DNA from: an uncultured bacterium
GTDB taxonomy: Bacteria > Zixibacteria > MSB-5A5 > CAIYYT01
DNA length: 64,000 nucleotides
Assembly (NCBI GenBank): GCA_963726455.1
Contig: CAVSCK010000004.1
Location: forward strand, 1,216,001-1,280,000
Reading direction: 5' to 3'
Under the pieces are notes generated by a model, which made no database searches, was not told the origin of the DNA, and worked only from the letters and a program-made list of their open reading frames with translations. Positions 51,685 through 61,018 of the stretch are shown here, one piece after another. How positions within the stretch are numbered: position 1 is the first letter of the stretch; each line of letters begins with the position of its first letter. Made by a program: the position numbers and the translations under genes.

Positions 51685-51744
51685 ATAATTAAAGTGTAAA
51701 CCCTCAGGAAATCCTGACGTACACAACTATCAGTTGGTACGAAT

Positions 51745-52251
51745 ATGGATTTTGTGTCTCATGCACTGTGGGGCGGCGTAGCCCTTGGCCGATCGAGAAA
51801 AAGAGATTTCCTGCTGGCCGCCAGCATCTCAATCATGCCCGACCTTCTTACCGAAGGGCTTTTCATGCTTCTTTACTTGCTGGGAATTGGCGGAATGCCG
51901 GGATGGCAAAACGGACACCCCAATATCACCGACTACCCTCTGTTTGCCCAGACCCTCTATAACATCACGCACAGTTCAATCGTCTTTGCGGCCGTATTCG
52001 GGTTGTTGTGGGTAGTGATTGGCAGGCCCATGTGGGTTATCACGACCTGGGGTTTGCATATTCTAATCGACATACCCACGCATTCGCTGGCTCTCTTCCC
52101 CACACCATTTCTCTGGCCAATTTCCAACCTGAAATTCGACGGGATTGGTTGGGATCAACCTGTAGTTTGGGTCGTTGACATCTCTCTGTTGATAACCAGC
52201 TACGCACTATGGCTATACCCCGGACTTCGTAGGAGGATACAAGGCGGATAG
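51745..52251 (+). CDS. Membrane-bound metal-dependent hydrolase (YdjM-like)
   Basis: SHALWG, IMPDL, ITHS, LHILIDIPTH motifs. Confidence 0.75.
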   Translation: MDFVSHALWGGVALGRSRKRDFLLAASISIMPDLLTEGLFMLLYLLGIGGMPGWQNGHPNITDYPLFAQTLYNITHSSIVFAAVFGLLWVVIGRPMWVITTWGLHILIDIPTHSLALFPTPFLWPISNLKFDGIGWDQPVVWVVDISLLITSYALWLYPGLRRRIQGG

Positions 52252-52339
52252 TTCAGTGATCTCACCCGGCGGTCTCAGGGCGAAACTTGATTGCGATGCT
52301 AGTCTGACGCCAGCTTAGTCTTTCGGCGGTGCGTCAGAC
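52246..52339 (+). repeat. Internal tmRNA-derived fragment (pk3/pk4 region)
   Basis: GCTAGTCTGACGCCAGCTTAGTCTTTCGGCGGTGCGTCAGAC matches 51562-51604; weaker similarity extends upstream (GGATAG..GCGAAACT). Confidence 0.8.
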
Positions 52340-52489
52340 TTTGAGTCCACAACAACTATGTTGCCGGACTTTGCTCCGTTTTCCCATCCCTCTACAAAAT
52401 TCTCTACCAGAATCCGGGACAGCTTCGTAATTTCAGATACTGACTTTCAATAAGAAGCTCTTGACAATGACTGAGAAGAGGAGCATTCA

Positions 52490-53005
52490 ATGCAAAGAAG
52501 AGCGTGGCTAATACTAGCGTTTGTGGTAACATTCGGACTTGGTTACGCGGTCAGCCAGGGGGTATCTGCAACCTCGGACGACACGCAAAAGCTGAAACGA
52601 GTTACCGGAATCGGGGGCATCTTTTTCAAGTGTAAAGACCCGGGCAAAATCAGAGAATGGTACCATGCGCATCTCGGTCTCGAAACTGACAAATACGGGA
52701 CCAGCTTCGTGTGGTGGCAGGGCGCAGACTCAACCAAGAAAGGGTTTACTCAGTGGAGTCCGTTTAATGACTCGACGAAGTACTTCCTGCCGTCAACCAA
52801 GGAGTTCATGATTAACTATCGGGTTGCCAACTTGACCGCCCTGGCTGATCAACTCCGGAAAGAAGGAGTAACAATTCTCGATACGATCGAGTCATACGAT
52901 TACGGAAAATTCGTTCACATCATGGATATCGACGGCAACAAGATCGAGCTCTGGGAACCCAACGATGATGAATATAACAAATTCGAAGGTGGGCGCACTA
53001 AATGA
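52490..53005 (+). CDS. VOC/glyoxalase-family protein with N-terminal signal or anchor
   Basis: RVTGIGGIFFK, FMINYRV, DGNKIELWEP. Confidence 0.85.
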   Translation: MQRRAWLILAFVVTFGLGYAVSQGVSATSDDTQKLKRVTGIGGIFFKCKDPGKIREWYHAHLGLETDKYGTSFVWWQGADSTKKGFTQWSPFNDSTKYFLPSTKEFMINYRVANLTALADQLRKEGVTILDTIESYDYGKFVHIMDIDGNKIELWEPNDDEYNKFEGGRTK

Positions 53006-53772
53006 CGGAAACAGGTGACATCCCTATTCTAGAGTTCGATCCGACTCCACGGGCCGTACTCGAGCCGTCGGCGGTCGTTCCTCGGGTCGATAACGCAGAG
53101 CATTGTGTCATCTGCTTCTTTGACGATATCGTCCGGCAGGTTGCCGCGGCCACCGGGGCGAAAATAGTGTTTGAAGATAAGGGCTGCTACGGGACAAACC
53201 AATATTACCAGTTTGAGCACAACGGACGTCCGGTCGTCTTTTTCCAGCCGTTCGTCGGCGCGCCGCTGGCGGCGGCCTTTATGGAGATCGCCATCGGACT
53301 CGGATGCCGAAAATTCGTCGTTTGCGGCGGCTCCGGCGTGCTCGATAGGGATATTTCGGTCGGCGGCTTTATCGTACCGGACTCGGCTATTCGCGATGAA
53401 GGAACTTCCTATCACTACGTCGCTCCAAGTCGAACGATAGAAGTGGGTCAGAGGGCGAAAGATGCGATCATCTCGACACTGGACAGTCATCACCAGTCAT
53501 ACCGGGTAGGCAGGATCTGGACGACCGATGGCTTGTTTCGAGAAACACCGGCAAGAGTCGCCCGGAGAAAGTCGGAAGGTTGTGTGGCGGTCGACATGGA
53601 AGCGGCAGCCCTTCTCGCAGTGGCCCAATTTCGCAATGTCGAATTGGGTTACTTGCTGTTTGGGGACGACGATGTTTCGGGCGATGAGTGGGTTCAGAGA
53701 AGCAGTCTATCGAAACTGCCCGTCAAGGAAAGAGTTTTCTGGCTAAGCGTGGAATCGTGCTTGAAGCTCTGA
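53002..53772 (+). CDS. Nucleoside phosphorylase (PNP_UDP_1)
   Basis: VGAPLAA, AIRDEGTSYHY, WTTDGLFRET, VDMEAAA. Confidence 0.88.
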   Translation: MTETGDIPILEFDPTPRAVLEPSAVVPRVDNAEHCVICFFDDIVRQVAAATGAKIVFEDKGCYGTNQYYQFEHNGRPVVFFQPFVGAPLAAAFMEIAIGLGCRKFVVCGGSGVLDRDISVGGFIVPDSAIRDEGTSYHYVAPSRTIEVGQRAKDAIISTLDSHHQSYRVGRIWTTDGLFRETPARVARRKSEGCVAVDMEAAALLAVAQFRNVELGYLLFGDDDVSGDEWVQRSSLSKLPVKERVFWLSVESCLKL

Positions 53773-53832
53773 TTCACGTTCCGATATTATCTTAACGCGT
53801 TTTGACACTTCTGACTTGGTCACAACGCGAGT

Positions 53833-53860
53833 CGGGGGTTCGTCCTCCCACATCCACATT
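53833..53860 (+). repeat. Degenerate tmRNA 3'-end remnant
   Basis: CGGGGGTTCGTCCTCCCACATCCACATT versus CGGGGGTTCGATTCCCCCCACCTCCACCATT. Confidence 0.5.
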
Positions 53861-54099
53861 TGTAAGTCAATATAGTTAAATCAATTGCCAGGGCAGCGAG
53901 GGCACCGTCCTACCGTCCCCTGCTACGTCCGACCCTATATCATTCAATTGCACTGAATATCATGCGGCGAGAAGTGTCACGTCTTGGTTACAAGGAATCG
54001 TCGCCTAACTACTCCTTCTCAATCTATGTTTTGATTCACTGCGTATTGATACATTGTTACATCTGTGGCAATTGTGTTAACCAGTGGAACTGATCTGGA

Positions 54100-54300
54100 A
54101 TGAAAAAGAAATCGAAGACAGAAACCAGGGATCGGATGGTTCATATTCGGGTGAATGTGAATATACATCGCGAATTGAAACTCCTTGCCGTCAGGAATGA
54201 CACCTCGATCCAAAGAATCGTTGAGGAATTGATTAGGCACAAAGTAGAAGAGATGCAAGCTGCTCTCGAACGATCTGGTAAGACAAAGGGACGAGAATGA
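54100..54300 (+). CDS. Small ribbon-helix-helix-like DNA-binding protein
   Basis: MVHIRVNVNIHRELKLLAVRNDTSIQRIVEELI pattern; ATGA overlap with the kinase gene. Confidence 0.6.
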   Translation: MKKKSKTETRDRMVHIRVNVNIHRELKLLAVRNDTSIQRIVEELIRHKVEEMQAALERSGKTKGRE

Positions 54301-56982
54301 TATTGTCCAAAGGTCAAAGACTCGGTCCTTATGAGATCGAAGCGCCTGTTGGATCCGGTGCGATGGGCGAGGTATACCGGGCTAAGGATATCCGTCTCGA
54401 CCGAGTCGTGGCCATAAAGGTCTTGCCAGCCGCTCTGGCGCTCGACCGGGAGCTTCGTGATCGTTTCGTTCGCGAGGCCAAATTGATTTCGAGTCTGAAC
54501 CATCCGAATATCTGTACTCTTTTTGATGTAGGTCATCAGGAAGGGATCGATTTCCTGGTACTGGAATATGTGGAAGGTGAAACGATAGCGGATCGTCTAT
54601 GTAGAGGAACGCCATCACTCAAGGAAGTAATCAACATTGGAATTCAAATCGCAGACGCTCTCGAATCAGCTCATCGGCGTGGCATAGTGCACCGGGATCT
54701 AAAACCAGGCAATATTATGCTGACAAAGACCGGGGTCAAGCTCGTCGACTTCGGTCTGGCAAGATTGGTGCGGGAAGATGAGACAACGCGAGAGAGTGAT
54801 GAAGCGACTCGAAAGAATCCGTTGACTGGCAAAGGGGCTATCCTTGGAACCATCCAGTATATGGCTCCCGAACAGCTTGAGAAGCCAAGAAGTCGATCAT
54901 CGGGCGGATATCTTTGCCTGCGGCGCAGTCTTATACGAAATGGTAACGGGCAAGCGGGCCTTTCAGGGCGCCAGTCAGGCAAATCTCATTGCGAGCATAC
55001 TGAAGGAAGAGCCGCGGCCGATGAACGAACTGACGCCCTTGGCTCCGCCGGCATTGGAACGTGTAGTCAGGCAGTGTTTGTCGAAGAATCCTGACGAACG
55101 ATGGCAGAGTGCCGGTGATCTCAAGTGCGAGCTCAAATGGATACTCGAGCAGACTGGGTCTTCCTCAGGGACGAACATCAATTCATCTCCAGTTCGCTCG
55201 CGATGGCGCATGATGTGGACTGGTGGCTTGACCTTGGCACTTATCGCCGCTCTATCCGTGGCAGGCGTACTCTATTTCGGCAAAGGGAGCAAGACACTTT
55301 CACTTTCGAAGCGTTTTGTTATACCCACAGAAGACTTGAAAGCCGGCTTCGCGATTGCCCCCGTGATCTCGCCGAGTGGACGGTTCATTGTCTATCTGGC
55401 TAACAATCATCTCTGGTTGCGAGACCTTACCAAACTTGATGCCGAAATAATCGCAGAAATGTCATCGACTACCTCTTTCGAAAGTGGGGTTGCCGAGGGC
55501 TTCTTCTGGTCCCCTGATTCGCGTGCCATCGCCTTCTGTCAGAATAAGCGGATGTGGAAATATGATATCGAAACCGGGTCGAAAATACCGCTTTGCGACG
55601 TTCCCGAAACAGGCGACATCATAGCGGGCGCCTGGAACAAGGCCGGAGACCTCATCATCGCAGTTTGGAGAGGGGGGTTGTATCGAGTTTCCGATCGCGG
55701 AGGAGCACCAAATTTACTCATGGCGATAGATAGTCTCAAGTATCATGACTTTCACTCTCCCACCTTTCTTCCCGACGGCCAGACACTAGTACTCTTCGTC
55801 CACGCCTACAACCCGGAAGATGACTGCATCGCCATCCTCAAGAAAGGCGCCACGGCGCTAACAAGGTTGATGCTCGTCCCACGGGCAGGAGGCGTGACTT
55901 ACTCGCCAACCGGTCATCTCCTGTACACCTTCGTGGACGTCAATCCTTCAATTTGGGCGGTGCCGTTCTCAGCCGAAAAGTTGGAATTGACGGGCAAACC
56001 GTTCCTGGCGGTTCAGGGCGGACAGTTTCCGTCGCTGTCGGAAGACGGGGCGATGATATATTCAGTAGGAATGATAGAGCAGGAACTCCAGATGACGCGA
56101 TTGTCGCTCGACGGATCGTCAGTCACGCCTATCGGAAAGCCGATAGCCGGCTGGGCGGCGCCGGTATTCACTCCCGACGGTGAACACATCACTTTTACGG
56201 CGACTGACGACACGAGACGAAATCTCTGGCAGTATGATGTGAGACGAGGAACACTGACGCGACTGACATCTGATTCATCGGTGGACGTTCTGGCAACGTG
56301 GGTTCCATCGCGAAAGGAGTATGCGTTCAACAGGATCTTGAGTGTAGGAAAGGGATTTGTCCTGATGCTCGACCCGACGACCGGTAGGGTTACCGATACG
56401 CTGGTGGAAGGACTGGACCTGGCACTGTCTCCGGATGGGCACAATATGACATATAATACCGACGTACGGGGTAGGATAACTATTTGGCGCCTGGACCTGA
56501 ATGACCCGGCACATCCGGAGATATTGTTAAACGCCGAACAGGGTGTGGGCTTGGGGGGTGGAGTCTCGCCGGTAGCCCCGAACGGACGTTGGTTCGCTTA
56601 TGCATCATCGGAATCGGGGATACGGCAGGTCTATGTGAAACGCTTCTTGGAGCCGAGTGAAGCGATACAGGTGTCAATAGATGGAGGGAATCTTCCGTTC
56701 TGGCATCCTTCGGGAAAGTTTCTGTTCTATGTAACAGATACGGCATTGATGCAAGTCGACATTGTTTGGGACGACACACCCAAGCTAAGCCAGCCGAAGA
56801 TGCTCGTGAATACGTCAGACCATCACCTCGTGCTTACTAACCACCAACATCGGGATAATGCAGCGATATCAATCAGCCCTGACGGATCCTACTTCATCGT
56901 TGGTCGGGCCGTTGGCGAAATCAGCGGCCAGAGATTGTTCTACGTTGATCATTGGCTTTCCGAGACTACCCCAGAGCGATGA
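54297..56982 (+). CDS. Hanks-type Ser/Thr kinase with TM helix and TolB/PD40 beta-propeller (apparent frameshift near 54880)
   Basis: GSGAMGEVY, VAIK, HRDLKPGN, DFGLA, GTIQYMAPEQ; continues with DIFACGAVLYEM; SPDG/SPSG repeats. Confidence 0.88.
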
Positions 56983-57094
56983 ACTTGTCGGAAAATACGA
57001 GTCTTCTACGATCCAAGAGAAGATCCCACAGCAAGCTGTGGGCTGCCAAATTTCGCCGACCTCAAACAAGCTTCTTAGTTGAGCGTATCTGTGC

Positions 57095-57685
57095 ATGAAT
57101 AGTATGAATCCTAAAGTTGATGCATATTTGGGCCGAGCCAAGAAGTGGCAGAGAGAACTGATGAAGCTAAGAATGATCGTTCTTGGCTGTCAGCTAACCG
57201 AAGAATTAAAGTGGGGTGTTCCCTGTTACACGTTTCAGAACAGCAACATTGTTCTAATACATGTGTTCAAAGAATACTGCGCGCTCCTATTCTTCAAAGG
57301 CGCTTTGTTAAAGGACGCCAAAGGCATTCTAATCCAACAAACCCAAAATACGCAGGCGGCGCGTCAGACTCGCTTCACCAATGTTCGAGAAATTGCTGAC
57401 ATGGAACCCGTCCTGAAGGCCTACATCAATGAAGCCATTGAACTGGAAAAGGCCGGCTTGAAGGTGAAGCTTAAGAAGACTACCGATTTCGCAATTCCTG
57501 AAGAATTTCAAAATAGATTAGACGAAATCCCCGCCTTGAAAACTGCCTTTGCTGCGTTAACGCCTGGACGGCAAAGAGCATACCTTCTCTATTTTTCTGC
57601 ACCAAAGCAATCCAAAACCCGGGAATCAAGGATTGAAAAATGTGTAGAGCAGATTCTCGATGGCAAGGGATTGAATGATCAGTAA
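57095..57685 (+). CDS. YdeI/OmpD-associated (DUF1801) protein
   Basis: KWGVPCY, ALLFFKGALL, ALTPGRQRAY, KQSKTRESRI. Confidence 0.85.
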   Translation: MNSMNPKVDAYLGRAKKWQRELMKLRMIVLGCQLTEELKWGVPCYTFQNSNIVLIHVFKEYCALLFFKGALLKDAKGILIQQTQNTQAARQTRFTNVREIADMEPVLKAYINEAIELEKAGLKVKLKKTTDFAIPEEFQNRLDEIPALKTAFAALTPGRQRAYLLYFSAPKQSKTRESRIEKCVEQILDGKGLNDQ

Positions 57686-57913
57686 ATTCGACAAGAATGT
57701 GACCTGGCCAGAATCCCACAGCTAGCCGTTTGTTACCGGCTTTACACACAATCGATCGGACCATGTGTCCTCTTCTCCCGAGGCAGACCCGACAGCTTCA
57801 CCTCCCAATAGTCCTCCTCAGTGAAACTCCTTGACCTCTAAACTCGTAGTGATTTGAAGCACTGATTCACGGTTAACCATAGTAGGTTTCGCTATCTGAG
57901 AGGAGGTTCTTCA

Positions 57914-58591
57914 TTGACACACTACGATTCTTCTATTCATCAACGATGGATCACCGTCGGCATCGTCTGCGGATTCGCAACTATGATCGTTTATCCAGCG
58001 ATCATATTCATCGATCTGCCGACGCCGCTGGGAATCTTTCTGGCTGCCTCATTCGGGTTCTTGTTCGCTTTGGCGAGCATCGGTCTCAAGACGATACTTG
58101 AACTTGATCGACCGTCCGTGGGAGCCCAAATCGGCGCCCTTGCCAACATCATCGGCGGAGCTGTGGTAGCCGCTATGATGCTTATACAAGTGGCGGTCAA
58201 TTCACACATGCACACTCTGATGGATGCTACCGCAGCCGGTATCACCAAAGACACCTACCGCCAGGTCTGGTTGGCAATCGACAAAATTCAGCTCGCTCTC
58301 GATGTTACCTGGGATTACTTCGGTGGTATCGGCACGGTGCTGCTCGCCTTTGCCGCGGCGAGGCATCCCCGATTCGGTTGGTGGTTTGCCGCCCCGGGAA
58401 TTATCCTCGGAGTAGCGCTCCTCATCCTCAATTGTTGGACTTTCCCAACACCTCCGGCCGAGGGCGGACTCTTTGATCTCGGTCCGTTCGTTGCCCTGTG
58501 GTACCTGGTGATGATGATTCGATCGGTTTTGTCACTTAAATGGATCCGGTTGAGATTGCAGGAAATGGCGAGCGCTTCAGATTCGAAATAG
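57914..58591 (+). CDS. Membrane protein of unknown function
   Basis: AGGAGG RBS before a TTG start; about six TM helices. Confidence 0.7.
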   Translation: MTHYDSSIHQRWITVGIVCGFATMIVYPAIIFIDLPTPLGIFLAASFGFLFALASIGLKTILELDRPSVGAQIGALANIIGGAVVAAMMLIQVAVNSHMHTLMDATAAGITKDTYRQVWLAIDKIQLALDVTWDYFGGIGTVLLAFAAARHPRFGWWFAAPGIILGVALLILNCWTFPTPPAEGGLFDLGPFVALWYLVMMIRSVLSLKWIRLRLQEMASASDSK

Positions 58592-58668
58592 CGTGTAAGT
58601 CAAGACGCCTTGGGCTGGACGGTGCCAGTGCACGGTAGTCATCATTATCTGCTCGTGCCCAAATCCCC

Positions 58669-58812
58669 GAAAGTGATCTAGTTTCAGCGAGGTCCCGGGG
58701 ATTGACTTGCGCGCCGAGTTTGCTCCGGTTGAGAGATAAATAAACCAGCGCGCGTTTGGACAGTCAATCGGCCGTTTCTTCTTACCGGCGTTCGATTCCC
58801 CCACTTCCACCA
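58669..58812 (+). pseudogene. Internally deleted, diverged tmRNA copy (tRNA-like domain and helix 2 only)
   Basis: 5' GAAAGTGATCTAGTTTC...GGATTGACTTGCGCGCCGAGTTTGC joined to ...GCGCGCG..AGTCAATC..GTTCGATTCCCCCACTTCCACCA. Confidence 0.75.
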
Positions 58813-58821
58813 TTAACAAAG

Positions 58822-58850
58822 AGGTCAAAACCGAGACGGTCTTGACCTAT
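58822..58850 (-). repeat. REP-like family A copy just after the mini-tmRNA
   Basis: AGGTCAAAACCGAGACGGTCTTGACCTAT palindrome. Confidence 0.65.
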
Positions 58851-58890
58851 ACGACGCTAATTTACTACCCAATCTTCGCACGCTATCCGC

Positions 58891-59688
58891 CTAAAGATTA
58901 AATCCGAGAGTAAAAGCAAAGGTGTTTACTATAGAAAAATTATATTCGGCTGCCAGGTTGAGTTTCCAAATAGAATAGGCGACTCCGGCATAACCCTGCG
59001 TAACTGAAAGGTTCTCTCTATTCAGATTCACTTTGGAGGTTGTTTCTGTCCCGATAACCAGACTCTCTCTAAAACCAACATAGGGAGTCAGCAAAGTAAT
59101 CTTCTTACTTGCCATCACTTCAATGCTGTAGATGTTTAGATTAAAGTCGGGAACCCCGGTAAGCAATGTGGCACTCGCCCTTACGGCTGCCGCAGGAGAT
59201 TTCCCGGATTCTTGTAAGAACGAATATTTAATTTCTGCACCCACTACACCGTAGTTGGCTTCCGGTGCTGTGGTCCAATAACCGCCAATATCCATTCTAT
59301 CAGAAACTCCCATGCCAGCTCGAATTGTCGGAGTTGATACACGGTCGCCTAAAGGGCAGTCTGCATCAGGATGCGTGAAAGTATTGATCCAGGCAAGATC
59401 GTGCTGATCAACTGGAGTGAATGCATCACCGATCGCAATTTGGAAATTCATCTTGCCAAGAGTCTTTGCAGATGCCAGTGATTTGAAGGACATAAGCGCG
59501 CCGGTTTGTTCAGTGAATTTGTGCCATTGGGCCTGCGTTAGTGAAGGATCGATGACCATTGAACAGGACTTGACACTTGGATCGATATGCCAATAGACAT
59601 TGCTGCCGTCGCTCTGTGCGTGCGCCACAGATACGAGCGCGAATAGAACCAAAGAGGTCACTGCTACCATTAATGGTCTGCTTCTCAT
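58891..59688 (-). CDS. Putative outer-membrane beta-barrel protein
   Basis: Signal peptide ending AHA; beta-strand periodicity; C-terminal TLGFNL; visibly lower GC. Confidence 0.65.
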   Translation of the reverse strand: MRSRPLMVAVTSLVLFALVSVAHAQSDGSNVYWHIDPSVKSCSMVIDPSLTQAQWHKFTEQTGALMSFKSLASAKTLGKMNFQIAIGDAFTPVDQHDLAWINTFTHPDADCPLGDRVSTPTIRAGMGVSDRMDIGGYWTTAPEANYGVVGAEIKYSFLQESGKSPAAAVRASATLLTGVPDFNLNIYSIEVMASKKITLLTPYVGFRESLVIGTETTSKVNLNRENLSVTQGYAGVAYSIWKLNLAAEYNFSIVNTFAFTLGFNL

Positions 59689-59848
59689 GATGTTCTCCCC
59701 TGCAAATTGATATCCTGGAGATCAATTTGACTTGTCTTGATGTTTTGTTTTTGTGATTTCCACTTTCCTGTACGCCGTTGCGGCCAATACATGATTGCAG
59801 CAGTTTTGATTCAGTTGGTGTACCTCATGTTTCATCCTATCTTGGTTT

Positions 59849-60427
59849 CTAACCATTTGCATCGTTCTTTTGTCTTGCCAGCGTCGCACCGATAACATCG
59901 GTGCCAACATCCATGAGAGTCTTGATGATATAATCCTGATTGCAGTCCTTGATCAGGCCGACGCAGATCAGCGAGGCCAGGCCATGGGTGAATGTCCACA
60001 TTTTCCTCAGGAGCACGCGCCGCTCACTGTCCGACAGCGACGTGAATCTGCTATCCTTAATGATCTCGGATTCCAGTTTGTTGAGGAATTCATGGACGAC
60101 ATCGCCATAGCTGTCCCCTTCCAACATCAGCGCCCTATATAGCCGGCTGTGCTCACAGGCGAACATCGCGATGCCGGTTCCCATGTTCAGAAACACCCGA
60201 TCGGTGTAAGGTCGAGAGGCGTATTCCAACAATGCTCTCTGCGTTTCCCGGATCACACACAAAGCCAGTTCGTCCATTGCCGCAAAGTGATTGTAGACGG
60301 GCGCCGTTGAGGAACCCAGTCTGACAGCTACGTTTCGAGCAGTCAATGTATTCAGACCGTTTTCCTCAACCACACTCACGGCCGCCTTTATCACTTCATC
60401 CCTCGCATACTTAATCTTGGGTGGCAT
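59849..60427 (-). CDS. TetR/AcrR-family regulator (WHG-type C-terminus)
   Basis: LTARNVAVRLGSSTAPVYNHF HTH; WTFTHGLASL. Confidence 0.9.
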   Translation of the reverse strand: MPPKIKYARDEVIKAAVSVVEENGLNTLTARNVAVRLGSSTAPVYNHFAAMDELALCVIRETQRALLEYASRPYTDRVFLNMGTGIAMFACEHSRLYRALMLEGDSYGDVVHEFLNKLESEIIKDSRFTSLSDSERRVLLRKMWTFTHGLASLICVGLIKDCNQDYIIKTLMDVGTDVIGATLARQKNDANG

Positions 60428-60456
60428 ATCTCACCAATCCAATGCTAAAGTTACAT

Positions 60457-60507
60457 AACACATGTTAGCTTACGTCTGTTATATAACAGATGTTGCATTA
60501 TTGTCAA
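60457..60507 (-). promoter_or_regulatory. TetR promoter with palindromic operator candidates
   Basis: TAACACATGTTA, CTGTTATATAACAG and TAACAGATGTTG palindromes overlapping a minus-strand TTGACA..TATATA promoter. Confidence 0.55.
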
Positions 60508-61018
60508 GAAGTCTTTGATTAGACTATTGCAAGGGAAATCGCCTCTCGGGAGTATCACGAACATGTTGAACAACATGAACATAGGTTGAATCAGGCCCCG
60601 CGGCAACTGGAGACCAACCCCCAAACGATCATGAAATCTATTTGCCGACAGTCACGTCGAGATTCGCCAGTCTTCTGCCCCTGGACTGCCGACACCGGTG
60701 GCTCTCTGGTATATAGGTCGTTGTCATTGGTGGTGGAGAGACTGCTGTTATGTATACTCAACAGACGAGGTCCTCAACCCGTCGTCTCATTAGCAACGGA
60801 CATGGCCTTCGATACCGTTTTCTTGAAACCGGATAATGGTAACCGCCGTAGATAGACCTTATATTCTACCTGAGGTCTCATTAACACTCGGGTAACTTGG
60901 GGCGATTACTTCCCTGAGAAGGTCTTTGACACAGAGCAAAAGAATGTGCCGGTACGCAATTCAGGAATCGGAACGGACGGATTAACACGCGCGATCTGGA
61001 CAGCAGCAAGGAGATTCA

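Noticed and set aside
10206-54900. Split genes (both M1 peptidases, natA, actE, second sco, ABC exporter, kinase) as pseudogenes or programmed frameshifts
   Set aside because: Those inspected are single-base indels in otherwise intact, unrelated genes, with no slippery heptamers and no in-frame stops. Sequencing or consensus error is the simplest explanation; accurate reads would decide.
58669-58812. A true tRNA gene
   Set aside because: No anticodon arm; the sequence aligns to both ends of the tmRNA instead.
48514-58850. Classical integron or prophage at ssrA
   Set aside because: No integrase, no recognisable attC sites (RYYYAAC...GTTRRRY) and no phage structural genes were seen.
60540-61000. 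About 460-nt gap that might hold an ncRNA or gene remnant
   Set aside because: No recognisable structure, RBS-supported ORF or homology could be established by eye.
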